Below, one piece after another: positions 46,033 through 55,543 of a stretch of 64,000 nt of DNA. The position numbers and the translations under genes were made by a program. The stretch comes from an uncultured virus (IMG/VR IMGVR_UViG_3300046411_001024) (taxonomy: Duplodnaviria > Heunggongvirae > Uroviricota > Caudoviricetes): IMG/VR virus record IMGVR_UViG_3300046411_001024; one strand, written 5' to 3'. The notes beneath the pieces are model-generated. The model was not told where the DNA came from. It saw nothing but the letters and a program-made list of their open reading frames with translations, and searched no databases. Within the stretch, counting starts at the first letter, position 1. Every line of letters starts with the position of its first letter.

Positions 46033-46326
46033 TTATTTTCTACTCATGTAAGCAGACATACCCATATATGCTCCAACGACTCCAGCTTGTGCTATATAAA
46101 ATAGACCAAGCAGATCTCCGAGTGCTGAGACTCGTTCATTGGACATAAAAGGTAGGAATAAAAATAGAGTAAAGCCAAGCATGGATATCATAGCGACCCA
46201 TGCCATAGCTTTCTGCGTGTCAGCTTTTTCTTCTGCTGCTTCTGCTTCTTTGAGTAATTTGGCTGCTTCGATCTCTTCTTTCGAAGTGATTCCATCGCCA
46301 TCTAAATCAAAATCTTTTTTTGCCAT
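46033..46326 (-). CDS. Two-TM protein with a DxDGDG loop
   Basis: DLDGDG at the N-terminus and two TM helices. Confidence 0.7.
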   Translation of the reverse strand: MAKKDFDLDGDGITSKEEIEAAKLLKEAEAAEEKADTQKAMAWVAMISMLGFTLFLFLPFMSNERVSALGDLLGLFYIAQAGVVGAYMGMSAYMSRK

Positions 46327-46383
46327 CTTTTAGTGCACCTTTAATGATTAAACACATCATTACAAAAAGTTCACTCTAGACGA

Positions 46384-47628
46384 CTATTTAGGGTTCTCAG
46401 TATCTTTCTTTTTGATAATTTCCTTAATATCAGATCTTAATTCATAACTTTCAGGATTGTATGGTTCATTGTCTGGATCCACTTCTTTTGGCTTTTCAGC
46501 TATACTTGGTCCAGGACGATCTTCCCTTTTCTCTGGTAGATTGTCAACATGTGCCTTTACCTTACGATCTTCTTGTATTTTTTGCCAGTAATATCTTGCA
46601 TCATCACTGACATTCATTATACTCTCAGGAATTTCAGGAATTTTTCGTCTTGGTTGGGCAATCATACCATTCCAAGCAATAAGTAAAGCCACAGCAAGTG
46701 GGTCAAATACAATACATAGAATAATAATTACCCATCTTACAGCATCCTCGAGTACTGATTTATTGGCTTCCCCATATACTAACTCAGCAATATATTTGAC
46801 TGGTCCAACCTCAGCTTCAAGTTTACGAAACTCTTTTTCATAAACCATTTTTTCTTCGATTAGTGCATCAACAATAACTTGCTCAGTTTCTACATTAGAT
46901 TCAAGTGTTGCCACCTTACCATCTATATCATCAGTTTTAGATTCGGCAGTAATACGATAAGATTTTATTACTTCTTCTAGTTCTCCTATCTGTGTATTAT
47001 ATTTTCTGTCGATAGCAGTAAGTTCTTTTTTAAGTTCAGCATTTGCTGCATCTACTTGTTCTCTTTTGGCAGCACCTGAGCCAAACCCAGTGACAGTTTC
47101 ATTAATTGTTTTTAGTTTTTGATTATACGCATCGTTTGCTGCTTTCTTTTCTTCAGCAATCCTATCGTATAATGCATCTAGTCTTTCCTGTTCGTTTCCT
47201 ATTTGTACATCAACTCGTTCATTATTTGGTTGTAATAGTCTATCGATTTCAGCATCCCACCTGTCGATTTTAACTTGTGAACGAACAAGTTTATCATCAA
47301 TACTTTCGGCTAATGCTATCTGCTCATCTGATAGAGCAGTTTGCTCGATATGTGCCTTTGATAAAAAACCAAATATTCCCATACTGGTAATAAACATTAG
47401 GAAAAACACAGCGAACATTAAATATGATTTGAGTAGTATTTTACATTCGTCCCAGTATCTATGTAAATAAACTACTGTGACCAGTTTTCCTACTTCCATT
47501 GCGGATCCCATTACTATAACTGGTATCACTGCTGCAGCAAAAATAGTTGCTAATCCGATAATCGAGTAATATGCAGCAATGGCAGATATAGTTAGGGCAG
47601 TCCCCAACATTAATATCTTCATGAACAT
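46384..47628 (-). CDS. Membrane-anchored coiled-coil protein
   Basis: Three N-terminal TMs, long coiled coil, EAEVGPVKYIAE, VFDPLAVALL. Confidence 0.8.
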   Translation of the reverse strand: MFMKILMLGTALTISAIAAYYSIIGLATIFAAAVIPVIVMGSAMEVGKLVTVVYLHRYWDECKILLKSYLMFAVFFLMFITSMGIFGFLSKAHIEQTALSDEQIALAESIDDKLVRSQVKIDRWDAEIDRLLQPNNERVDVQIGNEQERLDALYDRIAEEKKAANDAYNQKLKTINETVTGFGSGAAKREQVDAANAELKKELTAIDRKYNTQIGELEEVIKSYRITAESKTDDIDGKVATLESNVETEQVIVDALIEEKMVYEKEFRKLEAEVGPVKYIAELVYGEANKSVLEDAVRWVIIILCIVFDPLAVALLIAWNGMIAQPRRKIPEIPESIMNVSDDARYYWQKIQEDRKVKAHVDNLPEKREDRPGPSIAEKPKEVDPDNEPYNPESYELRSDIKEIIKKKDTENPK

Positions 47629-47644
47629 AATTGCCCTCCTTTAC

Positions 47645-47666
47645 ACTGGGTGCCGAAGCACCCAGT
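47645..47666 (-). terminator. Stable cUUCGg hairpin (terminator or mRNA stabiliser)
   Basis: ACTGGGTGC-TTCG-GCACCCAGT on the minus strand; no clear U-tail. Confidence 0.6.
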
Positions 47667-47674
47667 ATTATTAG

Positions 47675-47821
47675 TTATATTAGTGTACATATAACCCATA
47701 TTGCTAGAGCCAGTATTCCGACTACAACAATTTTATTTTTTTTGGATAAATCTTGCCACTTCCAAACGATATTGTCCTTAGTGTCAATTATCCATTCTTT
47801 TATATCAGTAAGATTCCACAT
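47675..47821 (-). CDS. Small membrane protein (48 aa)
   Basis: MWNLTDIKEWIIDTKDNIVWKWQDLSKKNKIVVVGILALAIWVICTLI; AGGAGG RBS. Confidence 0.6.
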   Translation of the reverse strand: MWNLTDIKEWIIDTKDNIVWKWQDLSKKNKIVVVGILALAIWVICTLI

Positions 47822-47824
47822 ATA

Positions 47825-48244
47825 TTATCCTCCTATATTAGATCTTGTAAATTTAATCATAATATTCTCGTTATAATATTTGTACTCACCATTAGGAAGT
47901 TTTGCGTTTAGCACATCAAATTCAAACATATATTTAACTTCCCAGTAATTAACCTCCCCACGAGTTTTACAAAGACGAAGTATCTTTCTCTCGAAATTAC
48001 TTTCGCCTTTTCGTATTATATCTTCTTGTAGGATTGTTGACGATCCCCAATAATTTTGCCAATCACTCTCAACTCTACTTCGTCTTTTGTTGACTCTGCC
48101 TTTCAATGGCTGTAGAGTTTTCGCTTTTGTAAAATATTTGCGACCAATGTAAGATCGACCTGTTTTTTTACAGGTAATCTCATAGATGAAACCATAATAA
48201 TCTTCATAATCAGTGAAGACTCTGTCTTCATATAACCAAGTCAT
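47825..48244 (-). CDS. GIY-YIG family nuclease-like protein
   Basis: GFIYEIT..TGRSYIGRK, ESDWQNYWGSS, YYNENI. Confidence 0.8.
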   Translation of the reverse strand: MTWLYEDRVFTDYEDYYGFIYEITCKKTGRSYIGRKYFTKAKTLQPLKGRVNKRRSRVESDWQNYWGSSTILQEDIIRKGESNFERKILRLCKTRGEVNYWEVKYMFEFDVLNAKLPNGEYKYYNENIMIKFTRSNIGG

Positions 48245-48259
48245 TGCTATATATTTAGG

Positions 48260-49042
48260 TTAATTGATAAATTTAATCTTACGATTTAAGATGTTTTTAG
48301 AGAATTTAGGGATAGCGTGTTTCATAGCTTTTCTCCAGTTGTCGTTATAGTTTTCCCATACTCCAGCATTTACTACTTCGTCCATAGATATAAACTCTTG
48401 GACATAAGCATTAGATTTGAGATATTTAACTATAAGATTCTTGCGTGATGCTGTCATAAGTGCGTCATGACAGGTGACAATTTCGTTAGGGTTTATGCCT
48501 TCATTATATACAAAAGACTCTGCAAACTTTCTGGAGTATCCTAGAATAGCATTATGAGCACCTTGCTCATTAGTATAAGGTACATATTGTTGTATGAAAG
48601 GTGACACTGATAGCATAATATTTTGGATATATTCTACAGGATATTTAAACATAACATTCTTACCTTCATCACAATATCTTTCTAAGATAGCACGAAGTAA
48701 TTGTTGTGTTTCTTCATATAAAGTATCATCAACGAATAATTCTCTACGACCAGAATGAAATAATACATCAATATCTTCATTGCTTACAGCTTCTATTACT
48801 GTTTTAAAGTCTCGGGAAAGTTTTGAAGCACCACGCAGTTTTATATAGAAGTCTTCATTATGATTAGTTAGGAATCTGTTCCTATCTATATTTTCTTGTA
48901 TTCCTTGCCATGTTAATGATGGCTCAAATACTTTGATAGTCTCTACGACTTCAACTTCATATTCTTTTAAATCTTCTAATAATTCTGCTTTTACTTCTTG
49001 GTCAGTAGCATCATGACTAATAACATCAACTAAGATTTTCAT
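48260..49042 (-). CDS. Hypothetical protein
   Basis: 260-aa ORF; no recognised motif. Confidence 0.7.
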   Translation of the reverse strand: MKILVDVISHDATDQEVKAELLEDLKEYEVEVVETIKVFEPSLTWQGIQENIDRNRFLTNHNEDFYIKLRGASKLSRDFKTVIEAVSNEDIDVLFHSGRRELFVDDTLYEETQQLLRAILERYCDEGKNVMFKYPVEYIQNIMLSVSPFIQQYVPYTNEQGAHNAILGYSRKFAESFVYNEGINPNEIVTCHDALMTASRKNLIVKYLKSNAYVQEFISMDEVVNAGVWENYNDNWRKAMKHAIPKFSKNILNRKIKFIN

Positions 49043-49209
49043 ATCGGATCCTTATCTAAATCCTCCTCTTGCTCAGGTCTTTCACAATCATCCCCACAGA
49101 ATGGGCAACAAGTTATATCTTGCCCCATGAAATTATCTTCATCTTCTTCAAACGAGATGGTGTATTCAGCACCACAAGATTCACATTCAAATTTAAATTT
49201 TTTCTTCAT
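49039..49209 (-). CDS. Small zinc-ribbon protein
   Basis: CESC..CPFCG; typical downstream neighbour of nrdB. Confidence 0.7.
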   Translation of the reverse strand: MKKKFKFECESCGAEYTISFEEDEDNFMGQDITCCPFCGDDCERPEQEEDLDKDPI

Positions 49210-49211
49210 AA

Positions 49212-50207
49212 TCAGGCAGTAGCACTGACACCCCAAACTTCTTGCCAGTCCCCAGCGAGTGCTCCTTTCGCATAATCAGTGACTCTATTCTCAAAGAAGT
49301 TCCCATGTGTAGGAGCATTTATCATCTCCTCAACCCATGGTAGTGGATTTCTAGTGACTTTCCAGATACCCTTTAATCCTAGACTAATTAATCTACGATC
49401 GCAAATATATCTAATGTATTTTTTTACATCTTCAGCTGTTAAGTCAGGCATATTGCCCATAGCGAAAGACAAGTCAATAAATTTATCTTCGAGTTCAGTC
49501 ATTTTTGTAGCGATCTTATAGATATCGCTTTTAGTTTTATCATTCCAGATAGATTTGTTTTCTTCAATATAAGTTCTAAAAAGTTTAATCATGTTTTCAG
49601 CATGTAGAGTTTCATCTACAATAGACCATGTTACGATTTGACCCATACCTTTCATCATGCCATGTCTTGGGAAATTTAGTAGCATAATGAATGAAGAAAA
49701 TAATTGCATACCCTCAGTGAAAGCTGAGAATGCAGCAATATTAGTAGCAACCGATCTTTTGTTGCCATTAGATTCTGATAGTTTAATAAAGTATTCGTGC
49801 TTATCAGACATCTCTTGATATTCAGCAAACTCTTGGTATGTATTTTCAGGCATACCCAAAGTTTCAATCAGATGTGAGTAAGCAGCAATATGAAGTGCTT
49901 CTCTTGCTGCAAACCCACTTAACATCATCCTGATTTCTGGTTGTGGAAAATATGGCAAGTAGTTATTTACATAACCACCAGCAACATCAATATCTCCCTG
50001 AGTAAAGAATCTAAAGATATTAGTTAAAAAGTATTTCTGCTCAGCAGTAATCTTAGTCTTCCAATCTTTAACATCTTCAATCATAGGCACTTCAGTATGA
50101 AGCCAATGTGATTGCTCATGCTTGAGCCATGCTTCATATGCCCATGGGTAGTTAAAAGGTTTGAAGAATGTTCTTTCGTCAGTTAGTTTGAGTTGCTTTT
50201 TCGCCAT
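49212..50207 (-). CDS. nrdB: Ribonucleotide reductase class Ia beta subunit
   Basis: FFTQGDIDV, EALHIAAYS, EGMQLFSSF, DETLH, NFFENRVTDY. Confidence 0.97.
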   Translation of the reverse strand: MAKKQLKLTDERTFFKPFNYPWAYEAWLKHEQSHWLHTEVPMIEDVKDWKTKITAEQKYFLTNIFRFFTQGDIDVAGGYVNNYLPYFPQPEIRMMLSGFAAREALHIAAYSHLIETLGMPENTYQEFAEYQEMSDKHEYFIKLSESNGNKRSVATNIAAFSAFTEGMQLFSSFIMLLNFPRHGMMKGMGQIVTWSIVDETLHAENMIKLFRTYIEENKSIWNDKTKSDIYKIATKMTELEDKFIDLSFAMGNMPDLTAEDVKKYIRYICDRRLISLGLKGIWKVTRNPLPWVEEMINAPTHGNFFENRVTDYAKGALAGDWQEVWGVSATA

Positions 50208-50216
50208 CGTTATTTC

Positions 50217-50342
50217 CTATCGTGTGTATTTGTTAATTAATCTGATTATTGCGTAAACAGCCAGTCCGAGTCCAATATAAATTAAACCATCTTCCCAGCT
50301 TACATTATTAAGTAGTTCTGCATTTAAAAAACTTAGATCCAT
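50217..50342 (-). CDS. Small membrane protein (41 aa)
   Basis: MDLSFLNAELLNNVSWEDGLIYIGLGLAVYAIIRLINKYTR; AGGAGG RBS. Confidence 0.6.
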   Translation of the reverse strand: MDLSFLNAELLNNVSWEDGLIYIGLGLAVYAIIRLINKYTR

Positions 50343-50351
50343 TTTATCCTC

Positions 50352-51026
50352 CTAAAAATATGTTTTAAGTATGCCAGTTTTATAATCAACATAAACATGA
50401 CCCTGTAAAGTTATTCTATTTTCAGTAGTTGGTGGTTTGGCACCCAATCGGTGTTTAACCATCCCATGCCATAAAGACATTTTTCCTAGTTCATAATTAT
50501 GAGTAAAGTAGTCGCTAGAATCCCCTAACCAATCTAAACATGCCCCATCTTTTGGCAGTTCAATCGGTATCGCAAAAGAGTATATTTGTTCTCTATTGAG
50601 TTCAGGTTTGTAAAATCTTAGATTATCATCGGTATGATAAGGTCGGCTCTTAGTTAAGCCAATATCATTACCTTTATAGATATGAAATCCTGGAAGTGGC
50701 AAGTCCTTATAATAAGAAACTTCTTTTACTCCAATCCCAAAAATTTCCTCCAGTGTTTTGAGTACAGGTGTATATATAATATCAGAAAACTCAGTATCTA
50801 ATAGTTCCTGTACCTCCCAGTCTATGTCGTTTTTATCCTGTAATACATATAATCCGTCACCAAACAGATACATATATTCCATTCCAGGTTGCACAAACAA
50901 AGCACTGTTGAAATAGTCAGATAGTGGTTTCCAATATTTCTCGTGGTAGTTTACTTTTTCAAGTATTTTTTGACGAGTTATAGGATCGAATACCTCTTCT
51001 GAATCTTTAAATAAAAATCTATACAA
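50352..51026 (-). CDS. 2OG-Fe(II) oxygenase-like protein
   Basis: PGFHI..YHTD..HRLG..RITLQGH. Confidence 0.65.
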   Translation of the reverse strand: MYRFLFKDSEEVFDPITRQKILEKVNYHEKYWKPLSDYFNSALFVQPGMEYMYLFGDGLYVLQDKNDIDWEVQELLDTEFSDIIYTPVLKTLEEIFGIGVKEVSYYKDLPLPGFHIYKGNDIGLTKSRPYHTDDNLRFYKPELNREQIYSFAIPIELPKDGACLDWLGDSSDYFTHNYELGKMSLWHGMVKHRLGAKPPTTENRITLQGHVYVDYKTGILKTYF

Positions 51027-51243
51027 ACTTTAATGCCAATGAAATAGCTTTCTCTACTGCTGCTTTCATTTTCATTGCGTTCGCTTTGTCCATTATTTCA
51101 TCAGTACGAGTAAGATCTTGCATTAAGTCTTTATATTCCCACTCGTTGAGTTCACCAGATTCTAATTGTTTACTAAATTTATCGGCAAGTTCTACTTTTT
51201 TGTTTGCCCATTCTTCATTACGAAGATCTTTAAATGCGTCCAT
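51019..51243 (-). CDS. Hypothetical protein
   Basis: 74-aa helical ORF coupled to neighbours. Confidence 0.7.
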   Translation of the reverse strand: MDAFKDLRNEEWANKKVELADKFSKQLESGELNEWEYKDLMQDLTRTDEIMDKANAMKMKAAVEKAISLALKFV

Positions 51244-51497
51244 TATTCTCCTCCGACCATTTGTTGTAAGTGATTGATTGGTGTTTTCTTTAGTCCTTCC
51301 CAGCCACCTTCAATAACAATCTTTCCTTCTTGCATTATTTGTGGGACTGAGCGAACACCGAGCTCTCTAAATTTTTCATATGCTTCCATATCTTCATCAA
51401 CTTTGATATAGTCATATGGAATATTATGTTCATCTAGATGTCTTTTTGCTAAATCGCAGTAAGGGCAATTATTTTTACCCATAATTGTTAATCTCAT
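51243..51497 (-). CDS. Glutaredoxin
   Basis: CPYC, SVPQI, GGW motifs. Confidence 0.93.
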   Translation of the reverse strand: MRLTIMGKNNCPYCDLAKRHLDEHNIPYDYIKVDEDMEAYEKFRELGVRSVPQIMQEGKIVIEGGWEGLKKTPINHLQQMVGGE

Positions 51498-51898
51498 CTT
51501 TTTCTCCTTGATGCTAATGCTTCAGCTATCTCATCAACCTGTATAGTCAATATGATAACTTTATTTACGCAGTATGGTTTCCTTAACTTATCTGCTTTAG
51601 CAGATCTATATATTCCTTCCATACTTTCACTAAATGGTCTTATTAACTCAATGACATCTTGATGTCTATTAGCTTGAGCATACCACCATAAAATTTCTTT
51701 TGTTCGCCAAACCTTTTCTACACTGGCTAGTTTATTATCGCCTTCACATTCAATATTACGAATGTCATACTGCATTTCTGCGATCCATAGCATTTCATTG
51801 CTGTCCCAGCCAGAAGGAATTAATCCTTTTAAACTAGCACAACCTGTTAAAGCAACTAATGCTATTAAAACATATACAGTATTACGAAGCCAACTCAT
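51494..51898 (-). CDS. Lipoprotein
   Basis: Lipobox LTGC. Confidence 0.75.
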   Translation of the reverse strand: MSWLRNTVYVLIALVALTGCASLKGLIPSGWDSNEMLWIAEMQYDIRNIECEGDNKLASVEKVWRTKEILWWYAQANRHQDVIELIRPFSESMEGIYRSAKADKLRKPYCVNKVIILTIQVDEIAEALASRRKR

Positions 51899-52110
51899 GA
51901 TGCCTTCTTTGCTAGTTTAACACCTCTAGCAAGGTATAGAAAGTTTCTAATTTTACTTTTCAACTTTGGTTTAGTTTTCTCCTCATTTAAAAGATTAATT
52001 AAGAACTCTGTACTTTCATTCTTCATATAATGTCTTTTACGACTTTTAGTTTGAGTTCCATTATTATCTCTTTTGACGACTATCTCATCTTTTTTATATT
52101 TTACTGGCAT
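51895..52110 (-). CDS. Hypothetical basic protein
   Basis: 71 aa, K/R-rich. Confidence 0.7.
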   Translation of the reverse strand: MPVKYKKDEIVVKRDNNGTQTKSRKRHYMKNESTEFLINLLNEEKTKPKLKSKIRNFLYLARGVKLAKKAS

Positions 52111-52820
52111 CCTACCCCCAACTCTTCTAATTTATCTTTTACTAACCCCAGTCCAGGAGCAGTTCTATGTAGTATTAATGTTGTTATGTGCCAACTATAT
52201 CTAAATTTAGTATGATAATTCCACTCATTAAATAATCTAGTTGCTTGGATACCAAGTTCTTTATAACCTTTTTTACCCAGATGCAACTCAATAGCAACTT
52301 GCTCAACATAGTCAGGCATCTCTTCTTGAAATATAAAGTCATACTCGCCACCCTCTACATCTACCTTTAATACTTCTGGCTTATGTTCTTTTAATTTAGT
52401 CCAAAAGTTTTCTGCGTTTACAGTAAGTTTCTCTCTTCCCTTAACAGGCATATGAGTATGACAAGTTGGATACTTTTTAGATAAGTAAAAATCTACTGAA
52501 TCTCTAGAATCTCCTACGAGAGCAGTATTGAATAATGTAGTTTTTTCATTACTTACATTTTTCTCCATAACTTCGAAACTCTCAGGTGTTGGCTCATAAG
52601 TATATACATGCTTAGCACCATTCTTTAGTGCTAGGTCTGTAAAGCATCCTATATGCCCACCTACATCCATTACAACTTTATCATTGAAATCTAATTTAGC
52701 ATATTGAGTCATCTCTTTAATAACGAACAACTCTCCTAAATCTGGTCTGTAAAATAGTCCAGAAGTTTCATCCTTTACTATTTCAGCCACTTGTTCTCTT
52801 TCACTTGTAGTACTTATCAT
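52101..52820 (-). CDS. FkbM-family SAM methyltransferase
   Basis: VMDVGGHIGCF, YEP, LKVDVEGGEY, IELH. Confidence 0.88.
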   Translation of the reverse strand: MISTTSEREQVAEIVKDETSGLFYRPDLGELFVIKEMTQYAKLDFNDKVVMDVGGHIGCFTDLALKNGAKHVYTYEPTPESFEVMEKNVSNEKTTLFNTALVGDSRDSVDFYLSKKYPTCHTHMPVKGREKLTVNAENFWTKLKEHKPEVLKVDVEGGEYDFIFQEEMPDYVEQVAIELHLGKKGYKELGIQATRLFNEWNYHTKFRYSWHITTLILHRTAPGLGLVKDKLEELGVGCQ

Positions 52821-53731
52821 ATATAATCCTCTTGTTTCCTGAATTTATTAGAAAGAGATGATGAGATTTCAGGTTGCTCTCGTTTATTATCTCTTGCGTA
52901 TTTAAAATGGACATCACCGATTTCATCTAAAGTCATATCCTTAAAATGTTTTGCTGGTGGGATACCAACATAAGTTCTTTTTAAATCAATCAGCATAATC
53001 AATCTATGCTCATCAGTATTGTTATGAGCACTATGCATATATTGATTATTAAATCCCCATGGGTGTTGCCAATCAACTTCCTCGCCCTGTGCTTCTAAAA
53101 ATAAATCTCCCTCAGGTACTATAAGAGGAATATGTATTCTAATATTTTCCCCTTTCTTATTTTCTATACCTATGTGTCTTTCAATAATACTTTGAGCAGG
53201 TAATATACTGTATTCAAGTATAGGGCATCTTTCTTTATAATGCTCAGCAATTTTTTTCATAGTTGGGAATGCTTCAGGATTATATCCGTCTTGCTTTTGT
53301 TTGATGTTTAACATTCGCTTTTGAATCTTTTCATCAGCACCAGACCCAACAATATTTGGGTTATGGTATTTCATAACTAAGACTCGCCAAGCATCGTTAT
53401 TATATTCACCTGCAGTTGATTGACCCTTTAGCATATTATCATCCATACCCACTTGCATCTTTGCTCTAGCAATCTTATCGGGACTTCCTTCACGAGATCG
53501 TTTCAACTGACTGTATATTGATTCTAATGCAGAAGTCGTACCTCTTTTTAGGCAATCTTCTATATCTTCATATTCTGTTAAAAAATCCCTTGTTAAATCA
53601 GGTACGAAACCCATAAGGAAATCTAACTCGTCATCAAATCTTTTTACATCTCCATAACGAAATATTTTTTGTGTTCTTAGTTTGGCTATTGCTTCTTTGT
53701 CATAACTAAGATGTTCTGGCAAGTTTATCAT
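52817..53731 (-). CDS. Aspartyl/asparaginyl beta-hydroxylase family oxygenase (third paralog)
   Basis: RHIGIEN..IRIHIPL.VPEGD..FNNQYMHSAHN..RLIMLID. Confidence 0.85.
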   Translation of the reverse strand: MINLPEHLSYDKEAIAKLRTQKIFRYGDVKRFDDELDFLMGFVPDLTRDFLTEYEDIEDCLKRGTTSALESIYSQLKRSREGSPDKIARAKMQVGMDDNMLKGQSTAGEYNNDAWRVLVMKYHNPNIVGSGADEKIQKRMLNIKQKQDGYNPEAFPTMKKIAEHYKERCPILEYSILPAQSIIERHIGIENKKGENIRIHIPLIVPEGDLFLEAQGEEVDWQHPWGFNNQYMHSAHNNTDEHRLIMLIDLKRTYVGIPPAKHFKDMTLDEIGDVHFKYARDNKREQPEISSSLSNKFRKQEDYI

Positions 53732-53736
53732 GTATT

Positions 53737-55542
53737 TTATCCTTCACAAGCGAGACAGACATCACCATCGGCTATCGCTGATATGTCTAACTCTTTAATT
53801 ATCTCCCTTTGTATTCTTCGACTAATTTTATCGGCTTTACCGATCTTTTCACTTCTACAATAATACAGTGTTTTTAGACCAGTCTTCCATGCTAAGAAGT
53901 GAACAGCATGTAAATACTTAATATCTGCGTCAGGTCTAAAGAATAAATTAACTGACTGTGCTTGGTCAATATATTTTTGTCTTTCACTGGCATGGTTTAT
54001 AATCCATTGTTGGTTCATCTCCATAGATGTTTTATATACATCTTTCTCTAAATCTGTTAGGTATTTTAGATGCTGTACTGAACCATCATTTGCTATAATA
54101 CTTGACCATTCATCATCTAGATTTAACTTGCTCTCTTTACTTTTTTTCTCCAGTAGTTTCTGAAGGAATTTATTCTTATTGGTATGAGATCCAGAAAGTG
54201 TATCTTGACGATAAGCATTAGCTCGAAAAGGCTCGATACTAGGAGAAGTATTACCCATGATAATGCTACTACTAGCATTAGGAGCAATAGCAAGCATATG
54301 GCTAAACCTCCGACCAGTACCAGTAGCATCAGGTGCTTCCCCTCGCTCAATACCCATCTCAATGTTTGCTTTATCCAGTCCAGTTCTAATATGTTTAAAA
54401 ATCTTTTCATTTCTATTTCCTGCTATGGCACTTTCATAAGGTATTCCATTTTTCTGTAAGTAAGCATGAAAACCCAAAGCACCTATCCCGATAGATCTTT
54501 CTTGCTCAGCTGAATACTTGGCACGAGATAATTCAGGTCTAGCATTATCAATAAAATACTGCAAAACATTATCAAGCATTTCAGCTACATCTTTCAGGAA
54601 TGTTTTATTTTTTGACCACTCATCATAGTGTTCTAAGTTCAAAGATGATAAACAACATACAGCAGTTCTTTCCTCATTAGTAGGAAGTATAATCTCTGAA
54701 CATAAATTACTTTGGTGAATTTTCAAACCCTTTTCTTTTAGGAACTCTGGCATCTGTTCGTTGCTAGTGTCAATGAAGTGTAGATATGGCTCACCAGTCA
54801 TCATACGAGTTTCTAAAATACTTTGCCATAATTCTCTAGCCGATACATACTCTTTTACTTTTCCATTATGCGGATCCTTGAGTGCCCATTTATCATCACA
54901 GTTTTCATTCTTCATACAGTTTTCGATAATCTGCATAAAGCTGTGTGGGATATTAATACCATGGTGCATATTTAATGCTCGCATGTTAGGATCGCCAGTC
55001 GGCTTTCTCATTTCAATAAATTCTTTAATATCAGGATGGTCAATATTTAAGTACGCAGCATAGCTACCTCTTCTTGTACGACCTTGACGATATGCTAATG
55101 AAGATGCGTCATACATTTTCATATGTGGCATAACACCAGTAGATTTATCATCGGCACTACGAATACCGAATCCTATGCCTACACCACCACCTGACATTGA
55201 CAACCAGTTAGTTTCTGATAAATTTTGTACTAATCCTTCAGAAGAATCTTCAATATAATTTAAGAAACAACTAATAGGCAATCCTCTTTTACTTCTACCA
55301 TAAGATAAAATAGGAGTGGCATAACTTAGCCAATGTTGAGATGAATAATCATACAACCTTTGAGCATGTTCAGGATTAGATGAAAAAGTTTTTGATACAA
55401 AAGCGAATCTTTCTTGCGGAGAAGTTTCATCATCTTTCATATACGATTCTCTTAATCGTATTTTACCAGCATCATCTAGTAGAGAATCTCTAGTATAGTC
55501 TATTGTGATACCATGTATCTCTGAAATTAATTTATCTTCCAT
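53737..55542 (-). CDS. nrdA: Ribonucleotide reductase class Ia alpha subunit
   Basis: PISCF, SNLCSEI, CCLSS, APNASSS, LYYCRS, C-terminal CLACEG; start set at MEDKL. Confidence 0.97.
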   Translation of the reverse strand: MEDKLISEIHGITIDYTRDSLLDDAGKIRLRESYMKDDETSPQERFAFVSKTFSSNPEHAQRLYDYSSQHWLSYATPILSYGRSKRGLPISCFLNYIEDSSEGLVQNLSETNWLSMSGGGVGIGFGIRSADDKSTGVMPHMKMYDASSLAYRQGRTRRGSYAAYLNIDHPDIKEFIEMRKPTGDPNMRALNMHHGINIPHSFMQIIENCMKNENCDDKWALKDPHNGKVKEYVSARELWQSILETRMMTGEPYLHFIDTSNEQMPEFLKEKGLKIHQSNLCSEIILPTNEERTAVCCLSSLNLEHYDEWSKNKTFLKDVAEMLDNVLQYFIDNARPELSRAKYSAEQERSIGIGALGFHAYLQKNGIPYESAIAGNRNEKIFKHIRTGLDKANIEMGIERGEAPDATGTGRRFSHMLAIAPNASSSIIMGNTSPSIEPFRANAYRQDTLSGSHTNKNKFLQKLLEKKSKESKLNLDDEWSSIIANDGSVQHLKYLTDLEKDVYKTSMEMNQQWIINHASERQKYIDQAQSVNLFFRPDADIKYLHAVHFLAWKTGLKTLYYCRSEKIGKADKISRRIQREIIKELDISAIADGDVCLACEG

Positions 55543-55543
55543 T

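Noticed and set aside
47825..48244. Mobile homing endonuclease
   Set aside because: Only a short GIY-YIG domain with no DNA-binding tail and no interrupted host gene; it looks like a conserved phage gene.
49212..55542. Introns or inteins in nrdA/nrdB
   Set aside because: Both frames are continuous, of normal length and lack intein or homing-endonuclease motifs.
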